Part shown: piece by piece, positions 16,154-22,900 of the stretch
How the letters are laid out: the number at the start of each line of letters is the position of its first letter
Position numbering within the stretch: the stretch's first letter is position 1
Assembly (NCBI GenBank): GCA_015257795.3
Contig: CP072208.2
Location: 570,001-602,000, forward strand
Reading direction: 5' to 3'
Source: Candidatus Nanogingivalaceae bacterium
GTDB taxonomy: Bacteria > Patescibacteriota > Saccharimonadia > Saccharimonadales > Saccharimonadaceae
DNA length: 32,000 nt
The notes under the pieces: model-generated
Databases searched by the model: none
Told to the model about the DNA's origin: nothing
Seen by the model: the letters and a program-made list of their open reading frames with translations, nothing else
Made by a program: the position numbers and the translations under genes

Positions 16154-16890
16154 AACGAAACTCCTAAAATCTCTGGAGTAAATATAACAACCCCTACAAT
16201 AAAAGCTAAAACTATCATCCCTAGGCCAGATACAAATTGCAAAAATCTTTTATTCATATTCCGCCAAACCTGAATTTCAGAAATTGGATGACCACCAGAT
16301 ATAATACAAGCAATACTAAAAATCGGTAGATTTGAAATCAAGACATAGATAACTAAAATAGCAAACTGGAATGCAGGCGAAACCCTTGACGCAAATAATG
16401 CTGAAACTACTAGAGGAGCAAAATAGAATAATAATTCGCTCAAAACGCTAATTACCCCCAAAGCAAAGGCTTCAGCTGAATGTTTAGTTTTACTTGCGCG
16501 ATTATTTAAATACTTAGCAAGTGGCCGAGGAACCCAAAGTTCTGTTCCATCTCGAATATTCTTCCCTCGTCGATAATAAAAAATCCAAGTAGCAACACCT
16601 GCAGAAACTAATATCCCCACCAAAACAGCCCAAACAACCTTCGAAAATACAAAATTATAAAATATTCCACCAAAATGTGCAAAAGTAGAAAAAATCAAAA
16701 TTGTTGAACATATCGAGCCTAAAACTAATGACATTGAAAGTTTAGTTAACTGAAGTTGAGATTTTTTACGGCTTAATGTATGTCCACTTAAAAGTGTTAA
16801 AACACTGATACTCAAATGGAAACTAGCGTGCACCATTGCCGCTAAAATCACCACCAATAAAATCATCCAATTATCCATAACCTTTATCAT
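16150..16890 (-). CDS. hypothetical polytopic membrane protein (6-7 TM)
   Basis: 246-aa hydrophobic ORF and first gene of a three-gene operon. TATAAT (16903-16898) lies 7 nt upstream of the ATG, with no SD. Confidence 0.6.
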   Translation of the reverse strand: MIKVMDNWMILLVVILAAMVHASFHLSISVLTLLSGHTLSRKKSQLQLTKLSMSLVLGSICSTILIFSTFAHFGGIFYNFVFSKVVWAVLVGILVSAGVATWIFYYRRGKNIRDGTELWVPRPLAKYLNNRASKTKHSAEAFALGVISVLSELLFYFAPLVVSALFASRVSPAFQFAILVIYVLISNLPIFSIACIISGGHPISEIQVWRNMNKRFLQFVSGLGMIVLAFIVGVVIFTPEILGVSL

Positions 16891-16952
16891 AAATTATATT
16901 ATAAGCACGAGCGAAAATCAAGGAAAATGTTTAAGTTTTTTCTAAAAGAGTC

Positions 16953-16981
16953 TTGACTTTTTTATTTTTTTGTGTTATTAT
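16953..16981 (+). promoter_or_regulatory. sigma-70-type promoter
   Basis: TTGACT (16953-16958), a 17-nt spacer, TATTAT (16976-16981). Confidence 0.5.
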
Positions 16982-17022
16982 AAATAACGTAATAATAAAT
17001 AAAACAAAAAAGGAAAAAATAC

Positions 17023-17136
17023 ATGGCACAACATGAACGAATGGCCTCATGGGATAGGCACCGAACAAAAAAAGAACTTCGAAATTTTATTGATGCAAGA
17101 ATTTCTCGCTTTGATGAATTTGACGATTTAATGTAA
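17023..17136 (+). CDS. possible 37-aa mini-protein (below the ORF-track size cut-off)
   Basis: Own translation gives MAQHERMASWDRHRTKKELRNFIDARISRFDEFDDLM. An AAGGAAAA SD-like tract lies upstream, and the hairpin AGCTCC...GGAGCT plus a T run lies downstream (17143-17168). Confidence 0.4.
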   Translation: MAQHERMASWDRHRTKKELRNFIDARISRFDEFDDLM

Positions 17137-17209
17137 AAACTAAAGCTCCTAAAATTGGGAGCTTTTCTATTGAATTTTTTTTCTAGATATGCTAAAATAG
17201 ACTCATTGT

Positions 17210-17286
17210 GGTAGCGTAGCTCAGTTGGTTAGAGCGTAGGACTCATAAGCCTAAGGTCGCAGGTTCAATCCCCGCCGCTACTACCA
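17210..17286 (+). tRNA. tRNA with CAT anticodon (elongator Met or lysidine-dependent Ile2)
   Basis: Cloverleaf: GGTAGCG/CGCTACT acceptor (G1.U72), GCTC-AGTTGGTTA-GAGC D arm, anticodon loop CTCATAA, T loop TTCAATC, encoded CCA. One mismatch in each of the anticodon and T stems lowers confidence. Confidence 0.7.
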
Positions 17287-17400
17287 GATATTATTTTAGG
17301 TTGCTGTAGTTATTACATCAACCTTTTTTATTCAACACATATTACATATTAGAAAAACAACCTCTTAGTTAGCGAGAGGTTGTTTTAAAAAAATAATTTC

Positions 17401-17478
17401 TTGGTTGCGGGAGTAGGATTTGAACCTACGACCTCTTGGTTATGAGCCAAGCGAGCTGACCAGACTGCTCCATCCCGC
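17401..17478 (-). tRNA. initiator tRNA-fMet (anticodon CAT)
   Basis: Reverse complement is CGCGGGA...TCCCGCA-A-CCA. It has the C1xA72 mismatch typical of bacterial initiators, a CTTGG-CTCATAA-CCAAG anticodon arm and a GTAGG-TTCAAAT-CCTAC T arm. Confidence 0.85.
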
Positions 17479-17531
17479 GATATCTGTTTTATATTTTATC
17501 ACAGAGCCCACCAAGAGTCAATAGTTTTTAC

Positions 17532-17972
17532 TTATTTTGATGATTTTTGCGCATTTCCGCCAAAAATAAAGTTCATCCACTGTGTAAAATTAGACTGTTT
17601 AGAAGTTTCAGCTTGTTGTTTCTTCTTTTCTTCTGGATACTTAGGAAGCACTAAAACGTGCTCGCCCGGTAGTGCAAGCCCAAGCTTTTCACGTACCGCT
17701 AGCTCTTGATATTCTGAGCTCTTTAAATATTTTTGCTCATATTGTAATGTTTGATAGTTGATCTCCTCAATTAAAGCCTGCCTTTGCTTTAACTCAAGCT
17801 TTTTCTGGATAGCGTAATTTTTTTCCATTGCAGAAATACTTCCCCAAACCCAAACAATCGAAACAACTATTACACTCCCCATGATAATATTACTCAAAGT
17901 TAAAATATCGTTCGAAAAATAATACTTCGCACGACGAGTTTTAGTTTTTAAATCGTTTACGTTTAATTTCAC
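17532..17972 (-). CDS. septum formation initiator family protein (FtsB/DivIC-like)
   Basis: A single N-terminal TM helix, a coiled coil, and a conserved C-terminal AVREKLGLALPGEHV segment. It has an apparent GTG start 6 nt downstream of TGaTAAAAT. Confidence 0.7.
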   Translation of the reverse strand: MKLNVNDLKTKTRRAKYYFSNDILTLSNIIMGSVIVVSIVWVWGSISAMEKNYAIQKKLELKQRQALIEEINYQTLQYEQKYLKSSEYQELAVREKLGLALPGEHVLVLPKYPEEKKKQQAETSKQSNFTQWMNFIFGGNAQKSSK

Positions 17973-18012
17973 TATTTAATTTTATCATATTTTTTGTTAT
18001 AATTAAATAGTC

Positions 18013-18088
18013 GGGGGATTAGCTCAGCGGTTAGAGCAGTCGTCTCATACACGATTGGTCGCTGGTTCGAACCCAGCATCCCCTACCA
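18013..18088 (+). tRNA. tRNA with CAT anticodon (Ile2-lysidine type or elongator Met)
   Basis: 76-nt cloverleaf: GGGGGAT/ATCCCCT acceptor, GCTC-AGCGGTTA-GAGC D arm, GTCGT-CTCATAC-ACGAT anticodon arm, GCTGG-TTCGAAC-CCAGC T arm, encoded CCA. TATAAT lies about 10 nt upstream. Confidence 0.85.
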
Positions 18089-18175
18089 AATTCGCCTAAT
18101 TGGCGTTTTTTTATTTTTGCTTAAAATTCAACAAAAAACCGCCCCATCTGGATGGAAGCGGTTTTCATAAATCAA

Positions 18176-18382
18176 TTATTTCTTTCGAGAAACTGTCAAG
18201 AATCCATTTCGTGGATTTTCTTTTACAATTCGATCTTCTGGAAGATCGCAAGGTGTTCCTTTATCGTTTTTTTCTTTTTTAGCAAAGAAGTAAATTGTTT
18301 GTGGTTTTCCGCCACGCAAAGTTACTTCACTTTTGTGCAAATAATATGTAATTCCTTTTGAATTTGTTTGACTATAAGCCAT
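18176..18382 (-). CDS. conserved small hypothetical protein (68 aa)
   Basis: The start is placed at MAYSQTNSKGITYYLH (ATG 18382) behind an AAAGGA SD. The promoter is TTGACA-17-TACAAT upstream, and a hairpin terminator lies at about 18135-18165. Confidence 0.6.
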   Translation of the reverse strand: MAYSQTNSKGITYYLHKSEVTLRGGKPQTIYFFAKKEKNDKGTPCDLPEDRIVKENPRNGFLTVSRKK

Positions 18383-18451
18383 TTCTATCCTTTCATTACT
18401 ACTGTTGTATATTTTCATTGTATACTAGTTATTAAGTAGTGTCAAGAGTTT

Positions 18452-19135
18452 TTATACTTTTGGCTTATATTTTTTTAGAATAAGCTTAAGAATTGTCGTA
18501 ATCATCATTTTAACTATAATCATAATTATAATTATAAACGCGAGCAGAGTTGTCCAACCAGCAAGATCTGGCGACCAAAGCGGTGCGATAAACGTATAAA
18601 CATATTCTGATTCACGTAAAGATTCAACTTTTAATTGTCCTTGGGTGCTTGAAGGGTATTTGTTTTGCTCGTTCAAGATACATTGTTGATATGCTAAAGA
18701 GTATCCACCGCTGAATCTTGGCCTACAAGCTTGCTCGGCTTTTTTAAAAATATTTCCGTTTGGGTTATTTTCGGCAGCATCACGAGCGGCTTGCTCGGCT
18801 TTAGCTGAGTCAATTTTATAAATATTAGCCCAAGCAACCTTAACTTCTCTATTAATTTTAAACCAATGCGTTTTATCGCTATACACAATTCCACCACTAT
18901 TCATATGTGCATGAACATAATTAGCAAACTCAATTGTTGCCTTTCTAGTAGCTTCAACATCACCAGCTTTATCTGCTGCCTCAACCGCTTCTCGCCGGCG
19001 AACCATTCCAACATTATTCAATCTTAATGCAGTCAAATCAACAAAGATAACAAGCAAAAGCAAAATAAACAACTGCCAATTTTTTAGCGATTGTATCTGT
19101 TTAAGACGTTTTTTAATCTTGCCTTTACCCACCAT
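18452..19135 (-). CDS. hypothetical membrane-anchored protein (N- and C-terminal TM helices)
   Basis: The ORF is 18452-19168 in the track, with a TTG start. The first ATG (MVGKGKIKK) at 19135 is preferred. No family recognised. Confidence 0.55.
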   Translation of the reverse strand: MVGKGKIKKRLKQIQSLKNWQLFILLLLVIFVDLTALRLNNVGMVRRREAVEAADKAGDVEATRKATIEFANYVHAHMNSGGIVYSDKTHWFKINREVKVAWANIYKIDSAKAEQAARDAAENNPNGNIFKKAEQACRPRFSGGYSLAYQQCILNEQNKYPSSTQGQLKVESLRESEYVYTFIAPLWSPDLAGWTTLLAFIIIIMIIVKMMITTILKLILKKYKPKV

Positions 19136-19171
19136 AATTCTTATGTCTATTTTATCAAAAACTTTCAAAAA

Positions 19172-20731
19172 TTACAAATTTTGCTTAATTTTTTCAGCTA
19201 ATTTTTCGCCAACTATTTTCGAAATCTCACTAACCGGGGCTTCACGAATTCGCTTCACTGAACCAAATTTACGCAATAATTTTGCTCGTGTTTTTACACC
19301 AACTCCATCAATTTTTTCTAAAATATTCTGCGTTTGTTTTTTTGTACGCAAATTCGAATGATAATTAATTGCAAATCTATGCGATTCATCACGAATTCGC
19401 TGAAAAAGTTTAGTTAAATCACTAAATTCAGAATTATTCTCGCCCAGTAAATTTCTAGCATGCCCATGCGAATGACTTTGCGATAGATGTAAATTCAAAA
19501 CCAGGAAATCGCCTTCACACCGAACCGAAAAATCTTCACCCCTTTTAGATAAATTTTCATTAAGCCAATCCGTTTTTAGATTAGTATTTCTAGTGTCAAA
19601 AATAATTTCCTCATCCCGCTTAGCTATTCCAATTGCTAAAATATCACTCGGTAAAACTTCTAACGCCACGCTCAATTGGCCTTTTCCACCATCAATTAAG
19701 ACTAAATCTGGCCGTGCCCATTTTTCATTACGTTTCGAAAATCGCCTCGTCAAAACTTCTTTCATATGTAAAAAATCATCATTTCCACCAGTAGTCATTT
19801 TAAATTTTCGATACTCGCGCTTATCGCTTAAACCGTTCGAAAAAACCACCATAGAGGCCACATTATTTTCGCCTCCTGTGTGTGAAATATCATAAGCCTC
19901 AATTCGCCGCGGAGGATTTTCAAGAGAAAGAATTTCTGCCAATTTCGAAAGCGCATGATCTTTAGAAATATCCAAAAACTCCTCATTTGAAAAAATAACC
20001 TGCTTACCAAGCTCACTCAAATCCCGCAACTGATTGCGTTTTTTTGCCGCCATTTCAAAATTCTGTTCACTCGCAAAATCAAACATTTCTTTTTCAATTT
20101 CAAGCTGGAGCATTTTTCGCTCGCCCTTCAAATACCTTGCGAGTTGCTGTAAATTGCGCCTATATTCAGCCTTTTTTTGATTAAATTCCTGCGAATCTTG
20201 TTCGAAATTTTCCAGTCCTGGCGTTAACCCAATTTGGAAATCTAAACTATTTTTTGCTGGCATCTTTTCGCTCAAATAGTACGGAAAAACTTTTCGAAGC
20301 AACCGCACCGATTTTTTTACCGCATTTGAATTATAAAACGGCCCAAAATATTCTGCCGAATCATCAAGCGGATTTTTGGTAAAACTGATATGTGGAATTT
20401 TATCACGAAAACCAATTCGCACATAAGTTGGCGATTTATCATCTCGCAAAAGAATATTATATTGAGGTTTATAGCGTTTAATCATCTCGCTTTCCAAAAA
20501 AAGCGCATCCATTTCAGTTTCAACTTCAATCCAATCGGTCATCGCTATTTCTGCCACTAAAGCTTGCGTTTTCGAATCTTTACCGCGTGAATTTTGAAAA
20601 TATTGCCGAACACGATTCTTTAAATTTGCCGCTTTTCCGACATAAATAATTTCGTCTTTCGAATTTTTATGAAAATAAACGCCAGCAGAATTTGGCAGAT
20701 TTTTCAATTTTTCGGCGAGTTTGGTGTTCAT
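19172..20731 (-). CDS. uvrC: excinuclease ABC subunit C (UvrC), compact 519-aa form
   Basis: N-terminal GIY-YIG domain (GVYFHKNSKDEIIYVGKAANLKNRVRQYF), an endonuclease V-like middle region, and a C-terminal HhH (GVGVKTRAKLLRKFGSVKRI). TGtTAAAAT lies 6 nt upstream of the ATG, with no SD. Confidence 0.9.
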   Translation of the reverse strand: MNTKLAEKLKNLPNSAGVYFHKNSKDEIIYVGKAANLKNRVRQYFQNSRGKDSKTQALVAEIAMTDWIEVETEMDALFLESEMIKRYKPQYNILLRDDKSPTYVRIGFRDKIPHISFTKNPLDDSAEYFGPFYNSNAVKKSVRLLRKVFPYYLSEKMPAKNSLDFQIGLTPGLENFEQDSQEFNQKKAEYRRNLQQLARYLKGERKMLQLEIEKEMFDFASEQNFEMAAKKRNQLRDLSELGKQVIFSNEEFLDISKDHALSKLAEILSLENPPRRIEAYDISHTGGENNVASMVVFSNGLSDKREYRKFKMTTGGNDDFLHMKEVLTRRFSKRNEKWARPDLVLIDGGKGQLSVALEVLPSDILAIGIAKRDEEIIFDTRNTNLKTDWLNENLSKRGEDFSVRCEGDFLVLNLHLSQSHSHGHARNLLGENNSEFSDLTKLFQRIRDESHRFAINYHSNLRTKKQTQNILEKIDGVGVKTRAKLLRKFGSVKRIREAPVSEISKIVGEKLAEKIKQNL

Positions 20732-20764
20732 TTTATTATTTTAACATTTTTTCGATAAAAAGTC

Positions 20765-20795
20765 TTGACAAATAGTAAAAAAAAAATGATAAAAT
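20765..20795 (+). promoter_or_regulatory. sigma-70-type promoter with extended -10
   Basis: AAAAAGTCTTGACA, about 19 nt, then TGaTAAAAT (20787-20795). Confidence 0.5.
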
Positions 20796-20875
20796 ATCCT
20801 TGAATTTGAAAATTGTAGTAGAATATCAGGTTAACCGAACTATTCGGTCGCACTTTTTAGAAAGAGGTGGCAAAA

Positions 20876-21160
20876 ATGCCAACTAACGACAACGATGCAA
20901 CTTTCGGAATGGGTCAAGGTGAAGGAAGTGGTGGAGATCGCAGCTGGTCAGCACCAGTCCATGCCGCAGACTCTAACGGCAATCCAGTAACAGTATCCTT
21001 CGGTCAGGGTAATCAAGAAGGTCAAACCCTAATTGCTAGCGGTCATAATAATTTTCTTGATTTCTACGGGGATAAAAATGCTGGCGTCCAACCAAATCAC
21101 GACCACTACGGCAAAGATGGCAATACTGGCAAAAACGGAGATCGTGGATCCTGGTGGTAG
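20876..21160 (+). CDS. hypothetical Gly/Asn/Asp-rich small protein (94 aa)
   Basis: The ATG at 20876 lies 6 nt after AGAGGTG; the track uses the GTG at 20867. Internal repeats are present (GQGEG / GQGNQEG; GDRSWS / GDRGSWW). A terminator hairpin follows. Confidence 0.6.
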   Translation: MPTNDNDATFGMGQGEGSGGDRSWSAPVHAADSNGNPVTVSFGQGNQEGQTLIASGHNNFLDFYGDKNAGVQPNHDHYGKDGNTGKNGDRGSWW

Positions 21161-21168
21161 TTGTCGCA

Positions 21169-21200
21169 ATGACTGTTCATTTTTGAGCAGTCATATTTTA
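21169..21200 (+). terminator. intrinsic terminator
   Basis: 10-bp stem ATGACTGTTC / GAGCAGTCAT (one G.U pair) followed by ATTTTA. Confidence 0.55.
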
Positions 21201-21220
21201 TAATATATAAGGGGAGTAAA

Positions 21221-21481
21221 ATGATGAACAAAACAACACTCTACAACAGTTGGCTAGATAGCCTTAAAGAATCTCTCGATAATCAAGATGCGGAAAAAGC
21301 CCAAATAATAGCCTCGAAAATTTCAACCGAGCTACATTCAGATTACGATAAAAATTCACCGATTAGTATAATTGGGTTGAACGAAATCGCCGACTATATA
21401 ATAAGCCACCTATTAAATTCGCCCAACGACAAACAATCTTATGACGAAATAGTGAAATTTTATAACGAGCTAAAATCATAA
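21221..21481 (+). CDS. hypothetical small helical protein (86 aa)
   Basis: ORF with an AAGGGGAG SD. The hairpin AGAGTAAG...CTTGCTCT plus a T run lies downstream. Confidence 0.55.
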   Translation: MMNKTTLYNSWLDSLKESLDNQDAEKAQIIASKISTELHSDYDKNSPISIIGLNEIADYIISHLLNSPNDKQSYDEIVKFYNELKS

Positions 21482-21541
21482 TCCGCCTAGAGTAAGCCAA
21501 AACTTGCTCTTTTTTATAAAATATTTTATAGTTAAATTATC

Positions 21542-21781
21542 ATGATTATCGAAAAAGCAAAATTTCCAGATTATCATTACGAATTTTATTATTCTATTTT
21601 TAAAGATGGCTCTGAATACTTTTTAGAATTTGATTTTTATGGTCCAGAAATTGATTTTTCGAAAAATTCAGAAGTTACAAAAGAGATTTTCGAAACAATC
21701 GGCGTTAATTTTATTGATTGGAAAGTTAAAAATAAATTAGCAAAAGTCCAGCTTCATTTTCCTGAAAAAGCTTATAATTAA
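21542..21781 (+). CDS. hypothetical small protein (79 aa)
   Basis: ORF with no SD; TATAGT lies 9 nt upstream of the ATG. The sequence is rich in aromatic and acidic residues. No family recognised. Confidence 0.5.
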   Translation: MIIEKAKFPDYHYEFYYSIFKDGSEYFLEFDFYGPEIDFSKNSEVTKEIFETIGVNFIDWKVKNKLAKVQLHFPEKAYN

Positions 21782-21922
21782 TCAATTTTTGACAATGCAA
21801 GCAAATTTAACATAAAATCAATCTGTTTTGTTAAAAATTTTAGCAATATTTTTTGCAAATATAAAGCAAACTTGGTAGCTGCAATTGAGTCTTTTTTGTA
21901 TAATTAGTGTATAATATTTAAT

Positions 21923-22849
21923 ATGAAAGGACAAAAAATGTTTAGTCAAAATTTACAAAAGCTACGTGCTTCAAAAAATATTTCACAAGAACAACTTGCC
22001 GATAAAATTGGAGTTTCGCGACAATCAGTTTCAGCCTGGGAAAGTGGAAAATCTTCACCAGAGCTTGAAAAGTTAGTTGCTATAAGTAATCTTTTTAATA
22101 TTAGTTTAGATGAATTAACTGGTGAAATTTCAACCAAGAAAATAGATTTCGATAAAGAAGACTATAATAAAACTTATAGAAAAATTGCTATAATCCGATC
22201 TTTAGGAATTTTTATTTTATTCTTAGGAATCACCCTCGCTACTTTTTCTTCAGGATATGATTTTAAAATGCGACAATCTCTACTTTCAGATTCAATGCCA
22301 GATTTCTCTATACTTTCCAGTATCGTTCTAATGTTGTCACTAGCAATCGCAGTACCATTATTCATCCTCGCTAGAAACTTTGATAAAACAGCAATTGAGA
22401 ATCTTGCCGAATCTAATACAAAAATTAACGAAGTTTTTTCGAAAAAAGAAATTCAAAACGCTGAGAGTATCGAAAGCTTTAGCAAAATGGCTCTTGTTTC
22501 GATAATCTTCATTGCTATAGCTAGCCATCAAGTTATCTACAATTTTACAAATCTTGGCGGAAGAAGTGCATCAACGATTTTTATGCTCTTACTTGGAATT
22601 GGACTTTCTATATCAACCTATGGTAATTCTATTTTTGCTAAAATTAGCAACTTTAACGAAATCGAAAGTGAAAATAAAGAGAAAAATCGAAAAATTGGCC
22701 TTTTCGCGGCTATTACAATGATGTCGATTACAGCAATTTATTTAACTTATAGTTTTATCACTAATGATTGGTCTTCAGCAAGAATTTTTTATCCTGTAGG
22801 CGGTATCGCAGTTGGAATTTTTGCAGTAATCACTAACCATAAAAAATAA
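21923..22849 (+). CDS. XRE-family helix-turn-helix regulator fused to a 6-TM membrane domain
   Basis: N-terminal Cro/C1-type HTH (LQKLRASKNISQEQLADKIGVSRQSVSAWESGKSSPELEKLVAISNLFNISLDEL) followed by about six hydrophobic helices. TATAAT lies 7 nt upstream of the ATG at 21923. An alternative SD-led start exists at 21938. Confidence 0.75.
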   Translation: MKGQKMFSQNLQKLRASKNISQEQLADKIGVSRQSVSAWESGKSSPELEKLVAISNLFNISLDELTGEISTKKIDFDKEDYNKTYRKIAIIRSLGIFILFLGITLATFSSGYDFKMRQSLLSDSMPDFSILSSIVLMLSLAIAVPLFILARNFDKTAIENLAESNTKINEVFSKKEIQNAESIESFSKMALVSIIFIAIASHQVIYNFTNLGGRSASTIFMLLLGIGLSISTYGNSIFAKISNFNEIESENKEKNRKIGLFAAITMMSITAIYLTYSFITNDWSSARIFYPVGGIAVGIFAVITNHKK

Positions 22850-22855
22850 ATAACG

Positions 22856-22890
22856 AAAAAACGCTCAATTTATAAACTGAGCGTTTTATA
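22856..22890. terminator. bidirectional intrinsic terminator between convergent genes
   Basis: Stem AAAACGCTCA / TGAGCGTTTT, flanked by A and T runs. Confidence 0.7.
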
Positions 22891-22900
22891 TTTTCGAAAA

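Noticed and set aside
20876-20940. Double-glycine bacteriocin-type leader in the Gly-rich 94-aa protein (…GEGSGG/DRSW…)
   Set aside because: The N-terminal segment lacks the hydrophobic and acidic LSxxELxxIxGG-type consensus, and no peptidase-domain ABC exporter is adjacent to it.
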